Source: Eledone cirrhosa (taxonomy: Eukaryota). From it: a stretch of DNA of 64,000 bases. Positions 28,431 to 41,900 of the stretch are shown here, piece by piece. Below the pieces are notes generated by a model. The model did not search any database. It worked only from the letters and a program-made list of their open reading frames with translations, and had not been told where the DNA came from. Within the stretch, counting starts at the first letter, position 1. Every line of letters begins with the position of its first letter. The translations under genes were made by a program, and so were the position numbers. Where the stretch lies: positions 139,872,001-139,936,000 of the forward strand of contig OZ024743.1 of NCBI GenBank assembly GCA_964016885.1. The letters run 5' to 3'.

Positions 28431-29740
28431 AAGCACCAAGCACCAAACACCAAGCACCAAGCACCAAGCACCAAACACCAAGCACCAAGCACCAAACACC
28501 AAACACCAAGATCCAAAGACCGAGCACCAAGCACCAAGCACCAAGCACCAAATAATAAGCACCAAGCACCAAACACCAAGCACCAAGCACCAAACACCAA
28601 CCACCCAGCACCAAGCACCAAGCACCAAACACCAAGCACCAAACACCAAACACCAAGCACCAAGCACCAAGCACGAAGCACCAAACAGCAAGCACCAAGC
28701 ACTAAGCACCAAACACCAAGCCCCAAGCACCAAGCACCAAACACCAAACACCAAGCACCAAGCACCAAACACCAAGCACCAAGCACCAAGCACCTAGCAC
28801 CAAACACCAAGCAGCAAGCAGCAAGCACCAAAGACCAAACACCAAGCACCAAGCACCAAACACCAAGCACCAAGGACCAAACATCAAACACCAAGCACCA
28901 AGCACCAAACACCTAACACCAAGCACCAAGCACCAAGCACCAAGCACCGAACACCAAGCACCAAACACCAAGCACCAAACACCAAGCACCAAGCACCAAA
29001 CACCAAGCACCAAACGACAAGCACCAAGCACCAAGCACCAAACACCAAGCACCAGGCACCAAGCACCAAACACCAAGCACCATGCACCAAGCACCAAGCC
29101 CCAAACACTTAACACCAAGCACCAAGCATGAAACACCAAGCACCAAAAACCAAACACCAAGCACCAACTACTAAACACCAAGCACCAAGCACCAAACACC
29201 AAGCACCAAGCACCAATCACCAAACACCAAGAACCAAGCACCAAACACCAAGCACCAAGGACCAAGCAACAGGCACCAAGCACCAAGCACCAAACACAAA
29301 ACACCAAGCACCAAGCACCAAGCACCAACCACCAAACACCAAACCCCAAGCACCAACACCAAGCACCAAACACCAAACACCAAGCACCAAACACCAAACA
29401 CCAAGCACCAAGCACCAAACACCAAACAACAAGCACCAGGCACCAAGCACCAAACACCAAACACCAAGCAAACAGCATCAAAGACCAAGCACCAAGCACC
29501 AAACACCAAACACCAAGCACCAAACACCAGCCCCCAAGCACCAATCACCAAACACCAAACACCAAGCACTAAGCACCAAACACCAAACAACAAGCAGCAG
29601 GCACAAAGCACCAAGCACCAAGCACCAAACACCAAGCACCAAGCAGCAAGCACCAAACACCAAGCACCAAGCACCAAGCACCAAGCACCAAGCACCAAAC
29701 AGCAAGCACCAAGCACCAAACAGCAAGCACCAAACACCAA
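25615..29740 (+). repeat. Higher-order duplication, offset 2861 bp (about 25615-26880 vs about 28476-29740)
   Basis: ORFs 25841..26683/28702..29544; GATC at 25649/28510. The TAATAAG variant and the 6-bp CACCAA unit (26490, 29351) are shared. Confidence 0.9.
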
Positions 29741-31549
29741 GCACCAAACACCAAACACATAGCACCAAGCACCAAACACCAAACACCAAGCACCAAGCAC
29801 CAAACACCAAGCACCAAGCACCAAGCCCCTAGCACCAAACACAAAACACCAAGCAAAAAGCACAAAACACCAAGCACCAATCACCAAACACCAAACACCA
29901 AGCAGCAAGCAGCAAGCACCAAACACCAAACACCAAGCACCAAGCACCAAATACCAAACACCAAGCACCAAATACCAAACATCAAACACCAAGCACCAAG
30001 CACCAAACGCCTAACACCAAGCACCAAGTACCAAGCACCAAGCACCAAACACCAAGCACCAATCACCAAACACCAAGCACCAGGCACCAAGCACCAAAAA
30101 CCAAGCACCAAGCACCAAACACCAAGCACCAAACACAAAGCACCAAGCACCAAACACCAAACCCCAAGCACCAAACACCAAACCTCAAGCACCAAGCACC
30201 AAACACTAATCACCAAGCACCAAGCACCAAACAACAAGCACAAAGCACCAAGCACCAGGCACCAAGCACCAAGCACCAAACACTAATCACCAAGCACCAA
30301 GCATCAAGCACCACACAATAAGCACCAAGCACCAAACACCAAGCACCAAGCACCAAACACCAACCACCCAGCACCAAGCACCAAACACCAAGCACCAAAC
30401 ACCAAACACCAAACACCAACCACCAAGCACTAAGCACCAAACACCAAGCACCAAGCACTAAGCACCAAACACCAAGCCCCAAGCACCAAGCACCAAATAC
30501 CAAACACCAAGTACCAAGCACCAAACACCAAGCACCAAGCACCATGCACCTAACACCAAACACCAAACACCAAGCACCAAGCACCAAACACCAAGCACCA
30601 ATCACCAAGCACCAAACACCAAGCAGCAAGCAGCAAGCACCAAACACCAAACACCAAGAACCAAGCACCAAGCACCAAGCACCGAACACCAAGCACATTA
30701 CACAAAGCACCAAACACCAAGCACCAAGTACCAAACACCAAGCACCAAACACCAAGCACCAAGAACCAAGCAGCAAACTCCAAGCACCAGGCACCAAGCA
30801 CCAAACACCAAGCACCATGCACCAAGCACCAAGCCCCAAACACTTAAAACCAAGCACCAAGCACCAAGTACCAAACACCAAGCACCAAGCACCAAACACC
30901 AAGCACCAAGCACCAATCACCAAACACCAAGAACCAAGCACCAAACACCAAGCACCAAGCACCAAGCACCAGGCACCAAGCACCAAGCACCAAACACAAA
31001 ACACCAAGCACCAAGCACCAAGCAGCAAACACCAAGCATCAAACACCAAACACCAAACACCAAGCACCAAACACCAAGCACCAAGCACCAAACACCAAAC
31101 ACCAAGCACCAAGCACCAAGCACCAAACACCAAACACCAAGCACCAAACATCAGATACCAAGCACCAAGCACCAAACACCAAACACCAAGCATCAAGAAC
31201 CAAACACCAAACAACAAGCACCAGGCACCAAGCACCAAACACCAAACACCAAGCACCAAGCACCAAACACCAAACACCAAGCATGCAGCATCAAACACCA
31301 AGCACCAAGCACCAAGCACCAAACACCAAGCACCAAGCACCAAACACCAACCACCAAACACAAAGCACCAAGCACGAAACACCAAGTACCAAGCACCAAA
31401 CACCAAACACCAAGCACCAAACACCAAACCACAAGCACCAAACACCAAACCCCAAGCACCAAGCACCAAACACTAATCACCAAGCACCAAGCACCAAACA
31501 ACAAGCACCAAGCACCAAGCACCAGGCACCAAGCACCAAGCACCAAGCA

Positions 31550-34500
31550 CCAAACACAAAGCACCAAGCACCAAGCACCAAACACCAAGCACCAAGCACC
31601 AAACACCAAACACCAAGATCCAAAGACCAAGCACCAAGCACGAAGCACCAAGCACCAAACAATAAGCACCAAGCACCAAACACCAAGCACCAAGCACCAA
31701 ACACCAACCACCCAGCACCAAGCACCAAGCACCAAACACCAAGCACCAAACACCAAACACCAAGCACCAAGCACCAAGCGCCAAGCACCAAACACCAAGC
31801 ACCAAGCACTAAGCACCAAACACCAAGCCCCAAGCAGCAAGCACCAAACACCAAACACCAAGCACCAAGCACCAAGCACCAAGCACCAAGCACCAAGCAC
31901 CAAGCACCTAGCACCAAACACCAAACACCAAGCACCAAGCACCAAACACCAAGCACCAATCACCAAGCACCAAACACCAAGCAGCAAGCAGCAAGCACCA
32001 AACACCAAACACCAAGCTCCAAGCACCAAACACCAAGCACCAAGGACCAAACATCAAACACCAAGCACCAAGCACCAAACACCTAACACCAAGCACCAAG
32101 CACCAAGCACCGAACACCAAGCACCAAACACCAAGCACCAAACACCAAGCACCAAGCACCAAACACCAAGCTCCAAACACCAAGCACCAAGCACCAAACA
32201 CCAAGCACCAGGCACCAAGCACCAAACACCAAGCACCATGCACCAAGCACCAATCCCCAAACACTTAACACCAAGCACCAAGCACCAAACACCAAGCACC
32301 AAAAACCAAACACCAAGCACCAACTACTAAACACCAAGCACCAAGCACCAAACACAAGCACCAAGCACCAATCACCAAACACCAAGAACCAAGCACCAAA
32401 CACCAAGCACCAAGGACCAAGGACCAAGCACCAGGCACCAAGCACCAATCACCAAACACAAAACACCAAGCACCAAGCACCAAGCAGCAAACACCAAGCA
32501 TCAAACACCAAACACCAAACACCAAGCACCAAACACCAAGCACCAAGCACCAAACACCAAACACCAAGCACCAAGCACCAAGAACCAAACACCAAACACC
32601 AAGCACCAAACACCAAACACCAAGCACCAAGCACCAAACACCAAACAACAAGCACCAGGTACCAAGCACCAAACACCAAACACCAAGCACGCAGCATCAA
32701 ACACCAAGCACCAAGCACCAAGCACCAAACACCAAGTACCAAGCACCAAGCACCAAGCACCAAACACCAAACACCAAGCACCAAACACCAGCCACCAAGC
32801 ACCAAGCACCAAACACCAAACACCAAGCACCAAGCACCAAACACCAAACAACAAGCACCAGGCACCAAGCACCAAACACCAATCACCAAGCACGCATCAC
32901 CAAGCACCAAGCACCAAGCACCAAGCACCAAACACCAAGCACCAAGCACCAAGCACCAAACACCAAACACCAAACACCAAGCACCAAGAACCAAACACCA
33001 AACACCAAGCACCAAGCACCAAACACCAAGCACCAAACACCAAACCCCAAGCACCAATCACCAAACACTAATCACCAAGCACCAAGCACCAAACACCGAG
33101 CACCAAGCAGCAAGCACCAAACACCAAGCACCAAGCAACAAGCACCAAGCACCAAGCACCAAACACCAAGCACCAAGCACCAAACACCAAACCCCAAGCA
33201 CCAAAGACCAAGCACCAAGCACCAAGGACCAAACACCAAGCACCAAGCACCAAGCACCAAACACCAAGCACCAAGCACCAAACACCCAGCACCAAGCACC
33301 AAGCACCAAACACCAAACACCAAGCACGCAGCATCAAACACCAAGCACCAAGCACCAAGCACCAAACACCAAGCACCAAGCACCAAGCACCAAGTACCAA
33401 ACACCAACCACCAAGCACCAAACACCAAACACCAAGCACCAAGCACAAAGCACGAAACACCAGGCACCAAGCACCAAGCACCAAACACCAAACACCAAGC
33501 ACCAAACACCAGCCACCAAGCACCAAGCACCAAACACCAAACACCAAGCACTAAGCACCAAACACCAAACAGCAAGCACCAGGCACCAAACAACAAGCAC
33601 CAAACACCAGACACCAAGCACTAAGCACCAAACAACAAGCACCAGGCACCAAGCAGCAAGCACCAAACACCAAGCACCAAGCACCAAGCACCAAGCACCA
33701 AACACCAAACACCAAGCACGCAGCACCAAACACCAAGCACCAAGCACCAAGCACCAAACACCAAGCACCAAGCACCAAGCACCAAACACCAAACACCAAA
33801 CACCAAGCACCAAGAACCAAACACCAAACACCAAACAGCAAGCACCAACCACCAAACACCAAGCACCAATCACCAAACACTAATCACCAAGCACCAAGCA
33901 CCAAACACCAAGCACCAAGCAGCAAGCACCAAACACCAAGCACCAAGCACCAAGCACCAAGCTCCAAACACCAAGCACCAAGCACCAAACACCAAACCCC
34001 AAGCACCAAAGACCAAGCACCAAGCACCAAGGACCAAACACCAAGCACCAAGCACCAAACACCTAGCACCAAGCACCAAACACCCAGCACCAAGCACCAA
34101 GCAACAAACACCAAGCACCAAGCACCAAACACCAAACACCAAACACCAAGCACCAAGCACCAAACAGCAAGCACCAAACACCAAGCACCAAACACCAAGC
34201 ACCAAACACCAAGTCCCACGCACCAAGCACCAAATACCAAACACCAAGCACCAAGCACCAAATACCAAGCACAAAGCACCAAGCCCCTAGCACCAAACAC
34301 CAAACACCAAGCAAAAAGCACAAAATACCAAGCACCAATCACCAAGCACCAAACACCAAGCAGCAAGCAGCAAGCACCAAACACGAACGACCAAGCACCA
34401 AGCCCCAAATACCAAACACCAAGCACCAAGGACCAAACATCAAACACCAAGCACCAAGCACCAAACGCCTAACACCAAGCACCAAGCACCAAGCACCAAG

Positions 34501-35960
34501 CACCAAACACCAAGCACCAAGCACCAATCACCAAACACCAAGAACCAAGCACCAAACACCAAGCACCAAGCACCAAGCACCAGGCACCAAGCACCAAGCA
34601 CCAAACACAAAACACCAAGCACCAAGCACCAAGCAGCAAACACCAAGCATCAAACACCAAACACCAAACACCAAGCACCAAGCACCAAACACCAAACACC
34701 AAGCACCAAGCACCAAGCACCAAACAGCAAACACCAAGCACCAAACATCAGATACAAAGCACCAAGCACCAAACACCAAACACCAAGCATCAAGCACCAA
34801 ACACCAAACAACAAGCACCAGGCACCAAGCACCAAACACCAAACACCAAGCACCAAGCACCAAACACCAAACACCAAGCATGCAGCATCAAACACCAAGC
34901 ACCAAGCACCAAGCACCAAACACCAAGCACCAAGCACCAAACACCAACCACCAAACACAAAGCACCAAGCACCAAACACCAAGTACCAAGCACCAAACAC
35001 CAAACACCAAGCACCAAACACCAAACCACAAGCACCAAACACCAAACCCCAAGCACCAAGCACCAAACACTAATCACCAAGCACCAAGCACCAAACAACA
35101 AGCACCAAGCACCAAGCACCAGGCACCAAGCACCAAGCACCAAACACTAATCACCAAGCACCAAGCACCAAGCACCAAACACAAAGCACCAAGCACCAAG
35201 CACCAAACACCAAGCACCAAGCACCAAACACCAAACACCAAGATCCAAAGACCAAGCACCAAGCACCAAGCACCAAGCACCAAACAATAAGCACCAAGCA
35301 CCAAACACCAAGCACCAAGCACCAAACACCAACCACCCAGCACCAAGCACCAAGCACCAAACACCAAGCACCAAACACCAAACATCAAGCACCAAGCACC
35401 AAGCGCCAAGCACCAAACACCAAGCACCAAGCACTAAGCACCAAACACCAAGCCCCAAGCAGCAAGCACCAAACACCAAACACCAAGCACCAAGCACCAA
35501 GCACCAAGCACCAAGCACCAAGCACCTAGCACCAAACACCAAGCACCAAGCACCAAACACCAAGCACCAATCACCAAGCACCAAACACCAAGCAGCAAGC
35601 AGCAAGCACCAAAGACCAAACACCAAGCACCAAGCACCAAACACCAAGCACCAAGGACCAAACATCAAACACCAAGCACCAAGCACCAAACACCTAACAC
35701 CAAGCACCAAGCACCAAGCACCGAACACCAAGCACCAAACACCAAGCACCAAAGACCAAGCACCAAGCACCAAACACCAAGCACCAAACACCAAGCACCA
35801 AGCACCAAGCACCAAACACCAAGCACCAGGCACCAAGCACCAAACACCAAGCACCATGCACCAAGCACCAATCCCCAAACACTTAACACCATGCACCAAG
35901 CACCAAACACCAAGCACCAAAAACCAAACACCAAGCACCAACTACTAAACACCAAGCACC
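31550..35960 (+). repeat. Dispersed copy of about 12900-16960 (offset about 18.6-19.0 kb)
   Basis: Identical ORFs 15882..16292/34880..35290 (offset 18998) and 15376..15564/34339..34527 (18963). Shared rare markers: CGAACGACC at 15421/34384, GATACAAAG, and the 6-bp CACAAG at 13739/32353. Confidence 0.85.
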
Positions 35961-38900
35961 AAGCACCAAACACCAAACACCAAGCACTAAGCACCAAACA
36001 CCAAACAGCAAGCACCAGGCACCAAACAACAAGCACCAAACACCAAACACCAAGCACTAAGCACCAAACAACAAGCACCAGGCACCAAGCAGCAAGCACC
36101 AAACACCAAGCACCAAGCACCAAGCACCAAGCACCAAACACCAAACACCAAGCACGCAGCACCAAACACCAAGCACCAAGCACCAAGCACCAAACACCAA
36201 GCACCAAGCACCAATCACCAAACACCAAACACCAAACACCAAGCACCAAGAACCAAACACCAAACACCAAACAGCAAGCACCAAGCACCAAACACCAAGC
36301 ACCAATCACCAAACACTAATCACCAAGCACCAAGCACCAAACACCAAGCACCAAGCAGCAAGCACCAAACACCAAGCACCAAGCACCAAGCACCAAGCAC
36401 CAAACACCAAGCACCAAGCACCAAACACCAAACCCCAAGCACCAAAGACCAAGCACCAAGCACCAAGGACCAAACACCAAGCACCAAGCACCAAGCACCA
36501 AACACCTAGCACCAAGCACCAAACACCCAGCACCAAGCACCAAGCAACAAACACCAAGCACCAAGCACCAAACACCAGACACCAAACACCAAGCACCAAG
36601 CACCAAACAGCAAGCACCAAACACCAAGCACCAAACACCAAGCACCAAGGACCAAACATCAAACACCAAGCACCAAGCACCAAACAGCAAGCACCAAACA
36701 CCAAGCACTAAGCACCAAACACCAAACAACAAGCACCAGGCACCAAGCACCAAACACCAAACACCAAGCACGCATCACCAAGCACCAAGCACCAAGCACC
36801 AAGCACCAAACACCAAGCACCAAGCACCAAGCACCAAACACCAAGCACCAAGCACCAAACACCAAGCACCAAACACCAAGCACCAAATACCAAGCACCAA
36901 ACACCAAGTCCCACGCACCAAGCACCAAACACCAAACACCAAGCACCAAGCACCAAATACCAAGCACCAAGCACCAAGCCCCTAGCACCAAACACCAAAC
37001 ACCAAGCAAAAAGCACAAAACACCAAGCACCAATCACCAAGCACCAAACACCAAGCAGCAAGCAGCAAGCACCAAACACGAACGACCAAGCACCAAGCAC
37101 CAAATACCAAACACCAAGCACCAAGGACCAAACATCAAACACCAAGCACCAAGCACCAAACGCCTAACACAAAGCACCAAGCACCAAGCACCAAGCACCA
37201 AACACCAAGCACCAATCACCAAACACCAAGCACCAAGCACCAAACACCAAGCACCAGGCACCAAGCACCAAACACCAAGCACCAAGCACCAAACACCAGG
37301 CACCAAACACAAAGCACCAAGCACCAAACACCAAACCCCAAGCACCAAACACCAAACCTCAAGCACCAAGCACAAAACACTAATCACCAAGCACCAAGCA
37401 CCAAACAACAAGCACCAAGCACCAAGCACCAGGTACCATGCACCAAGCACCAAACACTAATCACCAAGCACCAAGCACCAAGCACCAAACACCAAGCACC
37501 AAGCACCAAGCACCAAACACCAAGCACCAAGCACCAAACACCAAACACCAAGCACCAAAGACCAAGCACCAAGCACCAAGCACGAAGCACCAAACAATAA
37601 GCACCAAGCACCAAGCACCAAACACCAAGCACCAAGCACCAAACACCAACCACCCAGCACCAAGCACCAAGCACCAAACACCAAGCACCAAACACCAAAC
37701 ACCAAACACCAAGCACCAAGCACCAAACACCAAGCACCAAGCACTAAGCACCAAACACCAAGCCCCAAGCACCAAGCACCAAACACCAAACACCAAGCAC
37801 CAAGCACCAAACACCAAGCACCAAGCACCAAGCACCTAGTACCAAACACCAAACACCAAGCACCAAGCACCAAACACCAAGCACCAAGGACCAAACATCA
37901 AACACCAAGCACCAAGCACCAAATACCTAACACCAAGCACCAAGCACCAAGCACCGAACACCAAGCACATAACACCAAGCACCAAACACCAAGCACCAAG
38001 CACCAAACACGAAGCACCAAACACCAAGCACCAAGCACCAAGCACCAAACACCAAGCACCAGGCACCAAGCACCATACACCAAGCACCATGCACCAAGCA
38101 CCAAGCCCCAAACACTTAACACCAAGCACCAAGCACCAAGCACCAAACACCAATCACCAAAAATCAAACACCAAGCACCAAGTACCAAACACCAAGCACC
38201 AAGCACCAAACACCAAGCACCAAGCAGCAATCACCAAACACCAAGAACCAAGCACCAAACACCAAGCACCAAGCACCAAGCACCAGGCACCAAGCACCAA
38301 GCACCAAACACAAAACACCAAGCACCAAGCACCAAGCAGCAAACACCAAGCATCAAACACCAAACACCAAACACCAAGCACCAAGCACCAAGCAGCAAAC
38401 AGCAAGCATCAAACACCAAACACCAAACACCAAGCACCAAACACCAATAACCAAGCACCAAACACCAAACACCAAGCACCAAGCACCAAGCACTAAACAG
38501 CAAGCACCAAACACCAAACACCAAACAGCAAACACCAAACACCAAACACCAAGCACCAAGCACCAAACACCCAGCACCAAGCACCAAGCATCAAACACCA
38601 AGCACCAAACACCAACAGCAAACAGCAAATGCCAAACACCAAGCACCAAGCACCAAGCACCAAACACCAATCACCAAGCACCAAGCACAAAACACCAAAC
38701 ACCAAGCACCAAACACCAAGCACCAAACACCAAGCATCAAACACCAAACACCAAGCAACAAGCACCAAGCACCAAACACCAAGCACCAAACACCAAGCAC
38801 CAAACACGAAGTCCCACGCACCAAGCAGCTAACACCAAGCACCAAGCCCCAAGCACCAAACACCAAGCACCAAGCACCAAGCCCCTAGCACCAAACACCA

Positions 38901-41900
38901 AACACCAAGCACCAAGCACAAAACACCAAGCACCAATCACCAAGCACCAAACACCAAGCAGCAAGCAGCAAGGACCAAACACCAAACACCAAGCACCAAG
39001 CAGCAAATACCAAACACCAAGCACCAAGGACCAAACATCAAACACCAAGCACCAAGCACCAAACGCCTAACACCAAGCACCAAGCACCAAGCACCAAGCA
39101 CCAAACACCAAGCACCAATCACCAAACACCTAGCACCAAGCACCAAACACCAAGCACCAGGCACCAAGCACCAAACACCAAGCACCAAGCACCAAACACC
39201 AAGCACCAAGACCGAAGCACCAAACACCAAGCACCAAGCACAAAGCACCAAGCACCAAGCACCAAAAACCAAACACCAAGCACCAAGTACCAAACTCCAA
39301 GCACCAAGCACCAAACACCAAGCACATTACACAAAGCACCAAACACCAAGCACCAAGTACCAAGCACCAAGCACCAAACACAAAACACCAAGCACCAAGC
39401 ACCAAGCAGCAAACACCAAGCATCAAACACCAAACACCAAACACCAAGCACCAAACACCAAGCACCAAGCACCAAACACCAAACACCAAGCACCAAGCAC
39501 CAAGCACCAAACACCAAACACCAAGCACCAAACACCAGATACCAAGCACCAAGCACCAAACACCAAACACCAAGCACCAAGCACCAAACACCAAACAACA
39601 AACACCAGGCACCAAGCACCAAACACCAATCACCAAGAACCAAGCACCAGACAACAAGCACCAAGCACCAAGCACCGGGCACCAAGCACCAAGTACCAAA
39701 CACTAATCACCAAGCACCAAGCACCAAGCACCAAACACCAAGCACCAAGCACCAAGCACCAAACACCAAGCACCAAGCACCAAACACAAAACACGAAGAT
39801 CCAAAGACCAAGCACCAAGCACCAAGCACCAAGCACCAAACAATAAGCACCAAGCACCAAACACCAAGTACAAAGCACCAAACACCAACCACCCAGCACC
39901 AAGCACCAAGCACCAAACACCAAGCACCAAACACCAAACACCAAGAACCAAGCACCAAGCGCCAAGCACCAAACACCAAGCACCTAGCACTAAGCACCAA
40001 ACACCAAGCCCCAAGCAGCAAGCACCAAACACCAAACACCAAGCACCAAGCACCAAGCACCAAGCACCAAGCACTTAGCACCAAACACCAAACACCAAGC
40101 ACCAAGCACCAAACACCAAACACCAAACACCAAGCACCAAGCACCAAACACCAAGCACCAAGGACCAAACATCAAACACCAAGCACCAAGCACCTAACAC
40201 CAAGCACCAAGCACCAAGCACCGAACACCAAGCACCAAACACCAAGCACCAAACACCAAGCACCAAGCACCAAACACCAAGCACCAAACACCAAGCACCA
40301 AGCACCAAGCAGCAAACACCAAGCACCAGGCACCAAGCACCAAACACCAAGTACCATGCACCAAGCACCAATCCCCAAACACTTAACACCAAGCACCAAG
40401 CACCAAACACCAAGCACCAAAAACCAAACACCAAGCACCAACTACTAAACACCAAGCACCAAGCACCAAACACCAAGCACCAAGCACCAATCACCAAACG
40501 CCAAGAACCAAGCACCAAACACCAAGCACCAAGGACCAAGCACCAGGCACCAAGCACCAGGCACCAAGCACCAAGCACCAAACACGAAACACCAAGCACC
40601 AAGCACCAAGCAGCAAACACCAAGAATCAAACACCAAACACCAAACACCAAGCACCAAACACCAAGCACCAAACACCAAACACCAAACACCAAGCACCAA
40701 GCACCAAACACCAAACACCAAGCACCAAACACCAAACACCAAGCACCAAGCACCAAACACCAAACAACAAGCACCAGGTACCAAGCACCAAACACCAAAC
40801 ACCAAGCACCAAACACCAGCCACCTAGCACCAAGCACCAAACACCAAACACCAAGCACTAAGCACCAAACACCAAACAACAAGCACCAGGCACCAAGCAC
40901 CAAACACCAAACACCAAGCACGCATCACCAAGCACCAAGCACCAAACACCAAGCACCAAACATCAAGCACCAAGCACCAAGCACCAAAAACCAAACACCA
41001 AACACCAAGCACCAAGAACCAAACACCAAACAGCAAGCACCAAGCACCAAACACCAAGCACCAAACACCAAACCCCAAGCACCAATCACCAAACACTAAT
41101 CACCAAGCACCAAGCACCAAACACCGAGCACCAAGCAGCAAGCACCAAAGACCAAGCACCAAGCACCAAACACCAAGCACCAAACACCAAGCACCAAGCA
41201 CCAAACACCAAACCCCAAGCACCTAAGACCAAACACCAAGCACCAAGCACCAAACACCAAGCACATTACACAAAGCACCAAACACCAAGCACCAAGTACC
41301 AAACACCAAGCACCAAACACCAAGCACCAAGAACCAAGCAGCAAACACCAAGCACCAAACACCAAGCACCATGCACCAAGCACCAAGCCCCAAACACTTA
41401 ACACCAAGCACCAAGCACCAAACACCAATCACCAAAAACCAAACACCAAGCACCAAGTACGAAACACCAAGCACCAAGCACCAAACACCAAGCACCAAGC
41501 ACCAATCACCAAACACCAAGAACCAAGCACCAAACACCAAGCACCAAGCACCAAGCACCAGGCACCAAGCACCAAGCACCAAACACAAAACACCAAGCAC
41601 CAAGCACCAAGCAGCAAACACCAAGCATCAAACACCAAACACCAAACACCAAGCACCAAACACCAAGCACCAAGCACCAAACACCAAACACCAAGCACCA
41701 AGCACTAAGCTCCAAACACCAAACACCAAGGACCAAACACCAGATACCAAGCACCAAGCACCAAACACCAAACACCAAGAACCAAGCACCAAACACCAAA
41801 CAACAAGCACCAGGCACCAAGCACCAAACACCAAACACCAAGCACCAAGCACCAAGCACCAAGCACCAAGCATGCAGCATCAAACAACAAGCACCAAGCA

